Position numbers and translations under genes: made by a program. A stretch of DNA of 64,000 bases from Octopus vulgaris (lineage: Eukaryota), in the NCBI GenBank assembly GCA_951406725.2, contig OX597817.1, positions 12,338,001 to 12,402,000 on the forward strand. Direction: 5' to 3'. Below the pieces are notes generated by a model. The model was not told the DNA's origin. It worked only from the letters and a program-made list of their open reading frames with translations, and did not search any database. Within the stretch, counting starts at the first letter, position 1, and each line of letters opens with the position of its first letter. This document shows positions 1 to 13,203 of this stretch, one piece after another.

Positions 1-114
1 TGGCGCTCCGTTCAGGGATTAATATGTCTTTTAATATCAAAATTTGGTGCAAGTCTTTCAAGGATCTTCAAGACATTATTGTATATCTTCTTATCCTCGC
101 TACAGTGTGTAGTG

Positions 115-170
<56 letters not shown>

Positions 171-716
171 ACACACACACATACACACATACATACACAC
201 ATATATACGATGGACTTCAACAGTTTCTGTCTGCAAAATTAATCCATAAGGCATTAGTTGACCTTGGACTATGGTAGGTGACTCTTCCCCAAGGTGCCGC
301 AATGTAGAACTGAACCCGAAACAACATGGTTGCGAACCAAGTTTCTTCACCAGACAGCCATGCCTGTCTTGATGGAACATTTTCTCGGAAGAAATGCAGA
401 TTTCACATTTAAGTTGTGGAAAGTACTATAAAGTAGAATGTGTTAATTAGCTTACAATGATGCGTTCGAGTTCTTTAGCCTTCTGGGAAAACAACAGGAG
501 TATGTATATATGTATGTATGTATGGCTCCCTTTTAGTGAGACAAAACTATTTTCCGGATTCAATTCTCTATTTTTGACATTTTACTGCACATACTTCTCG
601 GTAATGCCAAAACCTGTTTCCCAGCTCCCTTTGCGTCTTCGTTGGAGAACGGGATATTAAGCATCTCTGATACATCTTCCATAGAAAATCTCTAGATATA
701 CAACACTCATATACAC

Positions 717-763
<47 letters not shown>

Positions 764-1103
764 AATAGACAGACAGAGACAGACATGGATGCAGACAGGC
801 AGGTAGGCAGACTCACTGACTGACAGACAAATAGACAGTCAAACAGAGAGAAAGAGAGAGAGAGAGAGGGGGGGAATACATACATCCATAATTAACCTTG
901 TTAATTAATCTGTTTATTAATAACAACTGTATATAATTGATAATGTAATCCTATTAAGGTCGATGGTATACGAAATGTACGTACTAATGTAGTATCAGAG
1001 AAATTAAGTTTATGCGCGCACACAATTTATATATATTAGCGAAACTACAGTTTCTAAAACATCTGGAAAGTAAATATGAAGTGTGTGCGTGCGTGCGTGT
1101 GTG

Positions 1104-1158
<55 letters not shown>

Positions 1159-1540
1159 GAGAGGCATAAAATGTTAAGACACTACACACTGTAGCGAGGA
1201 TGAGAAAATATACAATAATGTCTTGAAGATCCTTGAAGGACTTGCACCAAATTTTGATATTAAAAGACACATTAATCCCTGAATGGAGCGCCACTGCATG
1301 GAACCAAAGATCTCGTCCTCGCCATCCAGATTTAGGTCAGATACCACAATGGCTGAAGGTTTAAAGGATCACAACTTTTTAATATCCTGCATTAGAGACC
1401 TGCATGTTGTAGATGTAGATATCTTCTAAACGCCACTGGACACTCAACAGGAGGTATCTCATTCCAACTAAAGAAGGAAGATCAATAGATCAATAAAAAC
1501 ATCACAACACCAGTGGCGATACTCCAGAAAAGATAAAACA
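1..1540. repeat. two inverted copies of an LTR-like repeat (<1-120 minus; 1172-1540 plus)
   Basis: 1-120 is a close reverse complement of about 1175-1293; the plus copy starts TG, has AATAAA near 1492 and ends CA. Confidence 0.5.
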
Positions 1541-1612
<72 letters not shown>

Positions 1613-1711
1613 TGTGTTAAGTAAATTTCATTTATATTTAGACAAACAGCCCTGACTATTTACTATAGCATTAAATGTTAAATATGTTTATATTTTTGTT
1701 TCTCCTCAAAG

Positions 1712-1821
1712 GTTAACTGATACTGAAAATATATTCTTTCAAAAACATTATCTCCTGTCGCCGCTTTTTCGAAGGAAACTAACAGATACACCAGATAATT
1801 CATTGTCAGTTTTAATGTTTG
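1712..1821 (+). CDS. PXK/Slob-family pseudokinase, internal exon (LTDTENIFFQKHYLLSPLFRRKLTDTPDNSLSVLMFG); gene starts upstream of window
   Basis: tctcctcaaag acceptor and gtaagt donor; open frame; resembles PXK 'LLDLENSLLG...VDVHCFG' (recalled, not searched); phase matches next exon. Confidence 0.8.
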
Positions 1822-1985
1822 GTAAGTTGATTTTGAAATTCCATAATTCTCAATTTTAATGTATTTGCTTCAATTCATATACAGCAGTTACTATGGATAC
1901 GTATCGATTATAATAGTAGAATAAGCCGATGTGCTTCAAGAGGAAAGAGCTGGGATTTACCCTAACTATTATATATAGTCGAATA

Positions 1986-2216
1986 AGGCGGCGAGCTGGC
2001 AGAAACGGTAGCACGCCGGGCAAAATGCTTAGCGGTATTTCGTCTGCCGTTACGTTCTGAGTTCAAATTCCGCCGAGGTTGACTTTGCCTTTCATCCTTT
2101 CGGGGTCGATAAATTAAGTACCAGTTACGCACTGGGGTCGATGTAATCGACTTAATCCCTTTGTCTGTCCTTGTTTGTCCCCTCTGTGTTTGGCCCCTTG
2201 TGGGTAGTAAAGAAAT
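1986..2216 (+). mobile_element. SINE family B (about 230 bp; GGCGGCGAGCTGGCAGAA...GAGTTCAAATTCC...)
   Basis: A/B-box-like head; TSD ATATATAGTCGAATA; other full or partial copies near 3548, 8361, 13245(-), 23305, 33440, 42850(-), 43070, 44114, 46721, 50477, 50712. Confidence 0.85.
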
Positions 2217-2367
2217 ATATATATAGTCGAATATTTAAACCTCAGTTTAACAGAAAAAATATAAAAACAAAAAACTCACCTATCTGTCTTTATTTTTAAA
2301 CCACACTTCATATGAATTGCATCTAAAATTGCTGAGACTCTTTATTGAACTTTTCAATCTCTTACAG

Positions 2368-2465
2368 GTCATCTTCTGTTCGAGATGTCCACAGGTATGG
2401 AACTGGAAGACACCTACCCCAGAGTCGATGAAATGACGTGTTGCGTATATCCAACAGTAACAAAC
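2368..2465 (+). CDS. PXK/Slob-family exon (GHLLFEMSTGMELEDTYPRVDEMTCCVYPTVTN)
   Basis: ctcttacag/gtacgt splice sites; FGHLLFEMxxG is the kinase-like subdomain IX motif seen in PXK/Slob (FGHLLYEMTYG). Confidence 0.85.
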
Positions 2466-2996
2466 GTACGTTGGTTCTATTTCATATTTTTAATACAGAT
2501 TCGTTTTTAAACTATATTTACCACACTATCAATTATATCCTGTAATCTTACTTGTTTTAAAAGACGTGGAAAGCTGTGTTGAAGTACAATGTCTGTGGTA
2601 TTTAGTTACATCTCGTTACGTACGTAAGTTCAATTGCAGCTGAGGTTGATTCTTCCTTTCAGCCTTTCAAAGTCGATAAAGTAAGCGTTGGTCAAGTACT
2701 GATATTAATATAATTGATAAAACCTCCCCACCCGACTTTGAAGCCTTCCTTTTTATCAATAGTTATTAGTTCTTGTTTCAAAGTTGTTACTTGTTTAATA
2801 AGTTGCTTGACATTTGACCGTGTGTTAGCACTTAAATAGCTATATCGAGCCATTTTAATAACACACACAACTGTTTAATTCATTAGGTGTTAAAACTTCC
2901 ATGCCATGACGGTGACCTGATTATCGACACAGCTCTATCAATACAGTTGTCATTATTGGCTGCCAGAATCGCTAGCATGAATTTGAACACAGGACG

Positions 2997-3340
2997 TTAG
3001 TTAGTTAGTTAGTTAATTTTTTGGATCAAAAAGCAAAAAGCAAGGCCATGTAGGGGGACATGGAGTTATGTACAGGGTGGTGTTCATGTAAAGAGTTCAG
3101 GCCACTTGAGGTCAAGGGAGACTTTGAACCGAGCGGTTGTCGGCATCTTCACCATCTCGTCTGGCAGCTTATTCCACGGATCCGCAACCCGGACGGAGAA
3201 AGCCCCTCTCCTTCGATTGAGATGAAATCGTCGCAGATAGAGCTTTTCGGAATGACCCCGCAGCCGACGCTCTGGAGCGAAGGAGTGAAGAACAGCTCTT
3301 TCGAGAGGTTACACTTTCCGCTTATGATGTTGTGAGCAAG
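2997..3340 (-). mobile_element. CR1-type LINE 3' fragment
   Basis: minus frame reads RLRGHSEKLYLRRFHLNRRRGAFSVRVADPWNKLP...FKVSLD; ends in a (TAAC)n tail. Confidence 0.8.
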
Positions 3341-4425
3341 AACGTGAGGCGGACAAAATGCTTTGAGACATTTCGTCCGCCTTCACGTCTCGTGTTCAAA
3401 TTCCCTGAGGTCGTCTTTGCTTTTCATCCTTTCGGGGTCGATGAAATAAGTACTAACTACCTACTAAGATCGATATAATCGACTAACTTCTCGCCTGAAT
3501 TTCAAGCCTTGTACTTATTGTAGAAATTATTATTTCTTGGCTGTTCAAGGCGACGAGCTGGCATAATGGTTAGCTCGCCAGGCAAAATGTTTGGTGGCAT
3601 TTCGTCCGGCTTACATTTTGAGTTCAAATTCTGCTGAGATCAACTTTGCCATTCATCCTTTCAGGGTCAGTAAAATAAGTACCAGTTGAACTCTGGGTTT
3701 GATGTAATTGACTTATCCTTCCCCCCAAACATTCTTGCCTTGTACCAGAATTTGAAGCCATTATTTCTTGGCTGCTCTGAAATCTTTGTTTCTTTTTATA
3801 TTCTCACTTTCATAGAAATAGTAAAGATGAGACTAAGGGGGAATAAAGGAATGAGGAATATATTCGACCAAAGAAGTAAAAATATTATACCATATCAAAA
3901 CTCCATCCAAATATGATAAACCTAATCTGCAGTATAATAATTTGATAGATAGTTAATTTGACAGAGCAAGCATCCACATTTGCATCCTCTATTTCCAGTT
4001 AATTACCGATCAACTTAGTAATTAATTTCCTTCGTTTGAGCCAAAAAGACATCAGGAGTAAAAAGTCTCCTTGCTATTGCTGTTAAGCCGCAGCTCAGCC
4101 CCGAGTAACAATTGTATGGTCAAAGTGTTCCAATTGTGATAATTTCATTTTATTTTCTGGCACAATGTATTTGAACCATATTTCTTAATGTGATTTCTTT
4201 TCCAGCTTTAAGATTACAGGATATAATTTCAAGAAAATTTAACCATTATTGCTGACAGGTCAAACGACTGCGTTCACTGTCCCGTAAAATGGCTTGATCA
4301 TCACAGCAATATATTTTTCTCCTTAGCAATTTATCTCTTTCAACTCTCAGTTTGATGAGCAATGCGAAACCGGTCCTTACTTCAGTTATGTTGAAGATAT
4401 TGAAATTTTTTGTTCCTCTTTTCAG

Positions 4426-4545
4426 GTGCTGGATTTCATTTTTAACAACAAATCTACTCAGCTCCCGACATTAGAAGAACTGTCCAATCTATCTTTCTTC
4501 AGAGAAGTTCCACATCCGGCTTTAAAAGGCTACAGACCTTCTCGA
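4426..4545 (+). CDS. PXK/Slob-family exon (VLDFIFNNKSTQLPTLEELSNLSFFREVPHPALKGYRPSR)
   Basis: ttcctcttttcag/gtaagt; 120 nt, phase 0-0; PTLEELxxLxFF resembles the end of the kinase-like lobe. Confidence 0.85.
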
Positions 4546-4710
4546 GTAAGTGAATCGTTAAAAAGTGTGGAGAGCATAAACAGTTAAAACGTGTTGTGCC
4601 TCATTCAACAGTAGTGAAATTAAACACTCATACACATGTATGTATGTATGTATGTATGTATGTATGTATGTATGTATGTATGTATGTATGTATGTATGTA
4701 TGTATGTATG

Positions 4711-4761
<51 letters not shown>

Positions 4762-4763
<2 letters not shown>

Positions 4764-5020
4764 GTGTTGTGTTCTTGAGCAAGGCACTTTATTTCACGTT
4801 GCTCCAGTTCACTCAGCTGTAGAAATGAGTTGCGACGTCACTGGTGCCAAGCTGTATCGACCTTTGTCTTTCCCTTGGATAACACTGGTGGCGTGGAGAG
4901 GGGAGGCCAGTATGCATGGGCGACTGCTGGTCTTCTATAAACAACCTTGCCCGGACTTGTGTCTAGGAGGGTAACTTTCTAGGTGCAATCCCATGGTCAT
5001 TCATGACCGAAGGGGGTCTT

Positions 5021-5021
<1 letters not shown>
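4762..5021 (+). mobile_element. older CORE-type SINE body (related fragments near 5790-6060, 24090-24250(-), 28960-29115, 30410-30690)
   Basis: GTGTTCTTGAGCAAGGCACTT...GCTCCAGTTCACTCAGCTG shared between the fragments. Confidence 0.6.
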
Positions 5022-5079
<58 letters not shown>

Positions 5080-5213
5080 TGATAAAAATGGTAAGACAAC
5101 AAAAGAATGAAAGAGACCTCGATATTATGTAAATAGAGGAATTTATCTGTAAATATAAGATGTGACAATTATCTATATATATATATAATGTATAAATTAT
5201 GTGCATATTTCAG

Positions 5214-5275
5214 GAACCATTGCCGCAGAATCTCAAAGAGCATCTCCGAATTTTGCGCAAAGGGGTTTCACAAAA
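5214..5275 (+). CDS. PXK/Slob-family exon (EPLPQNLKEHLRILRKGVSQK)
   Basis: atttcag/gtaagt; phase 0-2; similar to PXK 'IPTKLKEALRIAK'. Confidence 0.75.
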
Positions 5276-6208
5276 GTAAGTCATTATTATAAATCTTTAT
5301 ATCAATGTCCCGATTTCTTATACTCCAACCGATAATAGCATTTAATAATATATCTAAGGGTAAGGTGTACAGGACGAGGTATCTGCTGCGGGGTATCAGA
5401 TACTTCTTGGCAACAGTCACGCCCAACGAACCATAACAGGTATTAGGTGAACACGTGCAGAAAGACTTTAAATATAGCTTACCATTCTTATGCTGGGTGT
5501 TGAAGGGCTAGCAGGGTCAATTCTCACCTGATGTTCGAACATTTATTTTTGTTAATTTGTTTTTGTTATTTCTTTAAGAATTTAACAACGATAATCTGTG
5601 TTGGTGGGTTTATTCGTTTTGTATTTGTATGTAGCTAACCCTATTATAGGTTCACTTAAATATTAGGCTGTTATTCATTGACCTGATTGGAAAGTTGATC
5701 AGTGTTTATACCATATTTATAAGTGTGATAAATCTGTTACACCTTTCATGAAACACGATGTATTATTTATTTAAGCTTATTCAATTATGGGAAGGCGCGT
5801 GGGCAGGTGGTTAGAGTGTTGATCTTATGATCATGAGTTCGATTCTCAGACCGGACGATGCGTTGCACACTTGAGTAAGACACTTCATTTCCTGTAACTT
5901 TAATTCACTTACCTGTAAATGAGTACTTGCAACGGCTAAGAGTTAAAATCGTGATGGACTAGCGTGCAGTTCAGGTGAGGTAGCAAAGGTATCCTACTCT
6001 CTGTAGTTTAAACGGAGAGTCGGATAACCTCCGGACTCATTGTAATGTAGGATTCAGACAACCTTATTCACTTATATTTTCTTTTACTAAATGTTTTCTT
6101 ATGGCTATCAATTTATTGTATACGCTTCTCTCTTCTAATTAACTTAAGCTTTTTAATCTTTTCACGATAATATTTCATTATCATTTGTGTAGCGATGAAG
6201 GTAATAAA

Positions 6209-6244
<36 letters not shown>

Positions 6245-6464
6245 ATATGTGACCTCGTGAGTACCACCAGCGATTTTGTTTCCTCTGTCTTCCTTTTTCG
6301 GGATCTTTCCTTCTCCTATGTTTCCGACGAAGAGCTCCGCTCGAAACGTTAAGCCCTCCTTCTTCCCTTCTTTCCTGAGCGTCCAATAATACTTTATTTG
6401 TTCCACGTCCTCGCGTTGCTGTGTTTTTTGCGTGTTTTTTTTTGTGTTTTCTTGTTTGGATTAA

Positions 6465-6549
<85 letters not shown>

Positions 6550-6737
6550 GATAGACCGTTAGCTCGTACACGCATTTTTCTCTCCTTGTTTCTTTTCTGT
6601 GTATCTTTTTGTCGAAGAGCGTAGGCTCGAAACGTAAAAGACTTGTTCTATTTCTATTCCTGAGCGCCATACTAATACATTTGTTTGTTTGTACTCCACC
6701 TGCCTTCGTCTTTTGTTTATTTTCGTTAAACCTCCCG

Positions 6738-6792
<55 letters not shown>

Positions 6793-7211
6793 CGTATATA
6801 TATATAGGCGTAAGCGGCTGTAATTAAGTCAATTTCACCAATGTGTTCAGTCCACTGCGTAAAAGGACCATTTGGACGAAGTGTCAAAATATTACATTAT
6901 ATAATTCGGGCTTAGTAAAATAAATTACTTTGCCACATACTGAACTTAGTAGAAATAACAGCCAAAAAATATGTGTATGTATAGCATTTCTACTACTTAT
7001 AAGAAAATTTGTCTGATCTGTGTTTGTTCTCCAGACATCGCTTCTACCGATGCTGGTTTCGGCAAAAGAGACCGATAGAAAATACTCACAAAGTACATAG
7101 ATCCTGGGGTTTGAGTACGTCAACGTTTCAAGATTAGCCAAATAAAATCAGCATTTCTTTCGTCAGCTCAAATGACTGAAATTTCTTAATTTGGATTTGA
7201 TCCAAATATAC

Positions 7212-7284
<73 letters not shown>

Positions 7285-7510
7285 TATGTTCCAGTTCAAA
7301 ACGAACCTATATATAGGCGTAAGAGCAGGCTGTGTGGGATGGAAGTAGCTTGGTTACGAACGACAGGGTTCCAGGTTGATCCGAACTGCGTGAACAGCCA
7401 TGGAAACTAAGTGTAAGTGGCTACTCCATAGACCGTGCACCCTTAACGTAGTTCTCGGGGATATTCAGCGTAGACGGAAACTGACAAGAAGCCCGTCGTA
7501 TATATACAGG

Positions 7511-7546
<36 letters not shown>

Positions 7547-8586
7547 TGTATGTATGTATATGCTTGTGTGTCTGTGTTTGTCACCCCCAACATCTGCTTG
7601 ACTACCGATGCTGGTGTGTTTACGTCCTCAATAAACCTTAGCCGGTTCTGGGAATCAAAAGAGCGACCGATAGAATAAGTACTAGGCTAACAAAGAATAA
7701 GTCCTGGGGGTCGATTTGTTCGACTTAAGGTGGTGCTCCAGCATGGACACAGTCAAATGACTGAAACAAGTAAAAGAGAGTAAAAGAGAATATAAATATA
7801 TATGGTTTAACTGTGAAACGTCTTCAAATTTTATGCATTACGTTGCATTTTGTTCCAGTTCAAAACGAACCTATTTGCAAATGCAGGCATGATTATATGG
7901 GATGGAAGCACTCCGTCGGTTACGACGACGAGGTTTCCGGTTGATCCGAATCAACGGAACAGCCTGCTCGTGAAATTAACGTGTAAGTGGCTGAGCACTC
8001 CACAGACACGTGTACCCTTAACGTAGTTCTCGGGAATATTCAGCGTGACACAGAGAGTGACAAGGCTGGCCCTTTGAAATACAGGTACAACAGAAACAGG
8101 AAGTCCAATAGAAGTTGTACATAAGCCTCCTCTAGCCACTCCACCACCACCACCACCACCGCTACTGCCGCCGCTGTCACCCTTACGACCATTATTGCCA
8201 TCGAAGTCTTTGTCGTCCGAAGCAGGATCTCACCTCGGTCCAAAACGTCAAGCATCGCTGCCAACGTCGCTGTTACAGCCAACGACGGGTTCAGAACGAT
8301 CTCAGTTATAGGCATTTGTTTGTGAGCGCCTAAATATATAATGGTTGCTTATGATATTATCCGAGGTCGACTTTGCCTTTCCTCCTTTCGGGGTCGATAA
8401 ATTAAGTACCATTTGCACACTGGGGTCGATGTAATCGACTTAATCCGTTTGTCTGTCCTTGTTTGTCCTCTCTGTGTTTAACCCCTTGTGGGTAATAAAG
8501 AAATAGGTTGCTTATGATATTTCCTTGGATGTTTAAATCTAATTGCTATTTGTTTATTTATATATTTATTTCTGTTTCATCCGCAG

Positions 8587-9036
8587 ATCGTCCATTGGGA
8601 GGAAAACAAAACGAAAACGTTCATCACTCACGAATATGGATTTGTTTATGAAAACTACGCAATTCCAAACTACTCAGGCAGAAGCCGAAGAACTATTTAC
8701 ACCTGTGTCACCTTTACCACCACCTCCTAAAACTCCACCTCCAATAGAAGTTGTACATAAGCCTCCTCTAGCCACTCACCACCACCACCACCACCGCTAC
8801 TGCCACCGTCACCCTTACGACCATTATTGCCATCGAAGTCTTTGTCGTCCGAAGCAGGATCTCACCTCGGTCCAAAACGTCAAGCATCGCTGCCAACGTC
8901 GCTGTTACAGCCAACAAAGGGTTCAGAACGATCTCAGACGGTTGCTCCCAATCGAGCTGCATTACTGAGCGATATTGCAAAGGGAGCTAAACTAAAGAAG
9001 ACAAAGGTCAATGATAGAAGCGGTCCTAAATTTTAG
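8587..9036 (+). CDS. PXK/Slob-family terminal exon: basic patch, proline-rich region, C-terminal WH2 actin-binding motif (NRAALLSDIAKGAKLKKTKVNDRSGPKF*); apparent 1-nt deletion near 8777
   Basis: ctgtttcatccgcag acceptor, phase 2 matches previous exon. ORFs 8543-8968 and 8827-9036 join into one Pro-rich+WH2 frame if one C is restored in 'gccact-cacc'. WH2 consensus R.ALL..I..G..LKK. Confidence 0.8.
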
Positions 9037-9948
9037 ATTTCGTCTTGAAATGGTTGCAAGAAGTAAAAAAGTTGAAGCAAAAAACTTACTGCTGAAACGA
9101 AAATTGTATGTGTTCGTGCGCACATGCGCCGTCTGTTCTTGGGCGTGTCAAACGACAAACTTACAACGAGTTTATAATAGATTCAAAAATACATGCGCCG
9201 ACTGGGATTAAAAACAAGTAAATAAGTAATCCATTGAAGCATCTTTAAAATAACTCAAAACAACGGACACTCAGACACAGACCAAAAGGAACACAAACAC
9301 AAAAGGAACACAAGCATGTTCCTTCGCATGACTTAAAGTTTCTTCATGAACGATTCAACAATATAGAAAACTGTATAAAGTTTTTATAAAACTTTATTTT
9401 AAAAAAATACGTCATTTATGACGACAGATGTCAGAAAAATTTCGAAGAAATTGTTGCAAGTTCTATATGAAATTACATTACTATTCAAACGAAAGTAATA
9501 AGTTTCGACAAACATTATTTACTTTCGCCTACAAATGAATTTAACATAAAGGAAAAACAATTCATTAAAAAGCGCAAATGCAGAAAAATATTCTTGCATT
9601 TTTGTAGAGAATATACACTAATAAAACGTATACACTCCTCAAATGAATTATTCATCAAACATGGCAATAGATGCTCGATGAACACATCTGATACCAAAAG
9701 GAAAATAAGGCGACAGAATCTAACAATCTTTGATTCTCATGTCAAGGTTCTAATATCATGATTCTAATATCATGAGCAACGTCGGTCAAGATGTAAGATC
9801 AGTTCGCGGTTTCAGTTCCGTTTCCACTTATTCCAGGAATGTTGCAGGGAATCGCATTGATCTTTTTCGCTTTTCAAATCTACTCCCAAGAATATATACA
9901 GTCTATATCAGAAAAAATATTCGTTCTAACACATAAATTGAGATCCAA

Positions 9949-10039
<91 letters not shown>

Positions 10040-10041
<2 letters not shown>

Positions 10042-10216
10042 GATAGAAATATTAAAATTACTAAGTCTCTCTAAAAGAGATTACGGCAGCGTTCCTGGAA
10101 ATTAATAGTTATCGCCATACTAATATGGCATTCTTATGGCCTCATGGAGCTAATAAGCGGACAGCGTTTTTCTTATTTTTATAAGAATGCCATATTAGTA
10201 TGGCGATAACTATTAT
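10040..10216. repeat. small foldback element, 34-bp perfect arms (10104-10137 / 10181-10214)
   Basis: inverted arms; (TA)n flanks. Confidence 0.7.
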
Positions 10217-10850
10217 TTATATATGTATATATAACTACAAAATTTTCTAAAATATCTAAACAAAATACTTTTCCAGAATTATTTTTACACCCACATAAAA
10301 AATTATTTGTAAACGGATATTAAATTGCAATTACCTTTGTTTTACTTTTTTCCTTTATTACCAGGATTTAAGGACTCAAAGACATTCTATGACTGACTAT
10401 TTTATATAATGTATAAATAGCAAAACTATTTTTGCTAACAACTGTAAATATCATGGGAAATATAAAACAATAATATTTATTGTTATATTGTCATGAATGT
10501 TTAAGAAATATAAGCATTATGTTTGCTTACTAATGTTATAATATCTAGAAAGCATTTTTATCTTTTGTATTTTATTTCTAGGAATGTATCTTCACAACTA
10601 GGCATGGTTGTGAGGTTAAGAAGTTCACTTTAAACAGTGTGGTTCTTGGATTCTATCCCACTGCGTAGCACCTTGGAAAAAGTGTCTACTACTGTAACCT
10701 CGGCTGGCACAATATATTGAAATATAAGTTTGTTAGACACACCTACATTCACACATGCATACGTACATGCATGCATTCGTACGTACATAAATACATATCA
10801 TATTTAGGTTCAACTAAAGAATAACACTTGATTGATTTGAAATTCGTTTG

Positions 10851-10891
<41 letters not shown>

Positions 10892-11799
10892 AGGTGGGTG
10901 GGTAGGTAGGTACGTAGGTAGGTACGTACGTACGTATGCACATACGTTTATACATCCATATATACAAACGAATTTCAAAGCAGTCCAATGTCAGTGCTAG
11001 ACCTAATGTTATTCGAAAGATAATTACCGTGAAGAGGGAGAAAGCGATTACAAGTGGAAAACAGTTTGTTATTGTTGTTGGAAAGGCTTTTGGAATTCAA
11101 ATATTAGACTGAACCTCCAAAATTTAGTAAAATACTTTTCTGTAATCAAATTGCAGTGAAAAAAGTCTTACATTTTATGGTTCATCGGAAAATTGAAAGA
11201 GATTAAATTCAGAAAGTCAGTATTGATATTTGTATGCATGATTAAACTGTTGACTGGATTAGCTCAAGTTATTTTTACGTTTTGAAACATTAAAGTAGCC
11301 GTATATTATATTTTATTTGTAAATCTGCTATTACGATCGGCCGCATATTAATAATTAGTAAATCTATCCATCTTCGATAGAGGCGTAAAATGAGGGAGGG
11401 AAGTCATAACAGCAACATGTATTGAGAAACGTGTAAATGGACTTGATAGATTACTGGATAATGTCTTAGAGAAATCACATTATTCTTGGTGATACAGCAT
11501 TCTATTGCAGCTATATGACGTGTGTTTGCGACTAAGTGACATGTGATGACGATTCACTCCCGAACTGAAATAGACTCTGTATCGTGAATGGTTATGTGGA
11601 CCACTCCTAATGAAAGCCAGAGCTTCCTTAGACATCTACATAAAAATTATTGAGAAAAAAAAATGTTATTTAGATATACTTTTATTTTAGTTGGTTACAC
11701 TATTATATGCTTGTTTATACTCTTATACATTCAAAGTTTACAAATTTCCTTATTTAAATTATGAATCATATTCCTTTTGATAATATCAAAATAATATCA

Positions 11800-12171
11800 G
11801 GCGCAAAGTGGCTGTGTGGTAAGTAGCTTGCTAACCAACCACATGGTTCCGGGTTCATCCCACAGCGTGGCATCTTGGGCAAGTGTCTTCTGCTATAGCC
11901 CCGGGCCGACCAATGCCTTGTGAGTGGATTTGGTAGACGGAAACTGAAAGAAGCCTGTCGTATATATATGTGTGTGTGTGTCTGTGTGTCTGTTTGACAA
12001 CCGATGCTGGTGTGTTTACGTCCCCGTTACTTAGCGGTTCGGCAAAAAAGACCGATAGAATAAGTACTGGGCTTACAAAGAATAAGTCCCGGGGTCGATT
12101 TGCTCGACTAAAGGCGGTGCTCCAGCATGGCCGCAGTCAAATGACTGAAACAAGTAAAAGAGTAAAAGAGT
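11800..12171 (+). mobile_element. SINE family A (tRNA-like head, CORE-like CTTGGGCAAGTG, internal microsatellite, GTAAAAGA tail)
   Basis: near-identical to copies at 13812, 15089, 19973 and 55017 and to minus-strand copies. Confidence 0.85.
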
Positions 12172-12619
12172 ATGATTACAAAACTTCTTTGTAGATGATA
12201 TTTTCTGTTTGGTCGACACTGATTTTTAAATTACTGGAATCCGTTGCTCTACTCATAGCGACCTATGCACTCAAAGCGACTGGCCGTGTGTAAACATCAG
12301 AATGGATAAAAATACACCTATACGATCTAAAGTCTGGCTCTGTGCCTTGTTTGCTATGAATGCGCGAGAGGGATCTTTAGGGCTGCAAAAAATCAAACTA
12401 AAACTTACCTCTCACTGTTCTATGCGAATAACGTCTGGATGTTCTGGTACCATGGGTTATTTTGATTGACAAACCTGAGATGAAACCAACAGCCATTTCA
12501 ATTAGCCGTTTCGAATCCTGCTCGAGACTGACACACTTCAATAACCACTAAATAATTACACACACTATATACTGACACCCTTGTTCCATTTTATTTTCAC
12601 TATTAACCGTCTACGATGA

Positions 12620-13203
12620 GGCCACGAACTATACGATGAAAATCCAGAGTAACTTGTGGTCGGTGAATTTTTGATAAAAATACGAAGGTGGTTTATCGAT
12701 TCAAAAATCAACATCCACGAAATAATCATACTTTCTGATTTTTTTTAATGCTAAAAAACTTCCTGACAACTGTCTTTGTAATCTCCCAAAATATCTTAAC
12801 CATTGGTCCAGCCGTCTAGCGGTGAAGAAAGAACATAAAGAGACGGACAGATGGACATAACGCCCATTATAGTAAGATAGCAAACCTGCCCATCTATGAC
12901 GGGAAATAAAGGGATTGTATTGAAAATTTAAACCCTCTAGATTCACGAACTATACGGGTTAGAGGGCGGGGAAATCCATAGTTAATCCTCGTCGCCGGAA
13001 TTTTAACCAAAAAAAAAAAATCAATGGTGATTTATTAATACAAAACTCAATATCCACTAAATGATCATACCATTTCACATTTTCTTTTTCGCTAAAAACC
13101 TTCCTGATTACCTCCTTCATAATCCCGAAAAATATCGTGCATTGGTCCAGCCGTTTGACCGTGAAGAGAGAACAGATAGACAGACGGGTATAACGCCCAT
13201 TAT
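12620..13203 (-). mobile_element. two diverged tandem Helitron-like 5' fragments
   Basis: shared CACGAACTATACG...CATTGGTCCAGCCGT...GACAGA...ATAACGCCCATTAT units at about 12623-12877 and 12944-13203. Confidence 0.45.

Noticed and set aside
8104-8305. Alternative exon use of the duplicated Pro-rich segment
   Set aside because: The only in-frame AG (GAAG|T) has no polypyrimidine tract and the donor is poor; the region is probably an assembly mosaic.
11970-12194. Recurrent ORFs such as [10 protein letters not shown]...SGSAKETDRISTG and [10 protein letters not shown]...
   Set aside because: Chance frames through SINE family A; they recur because the SINE recurs.
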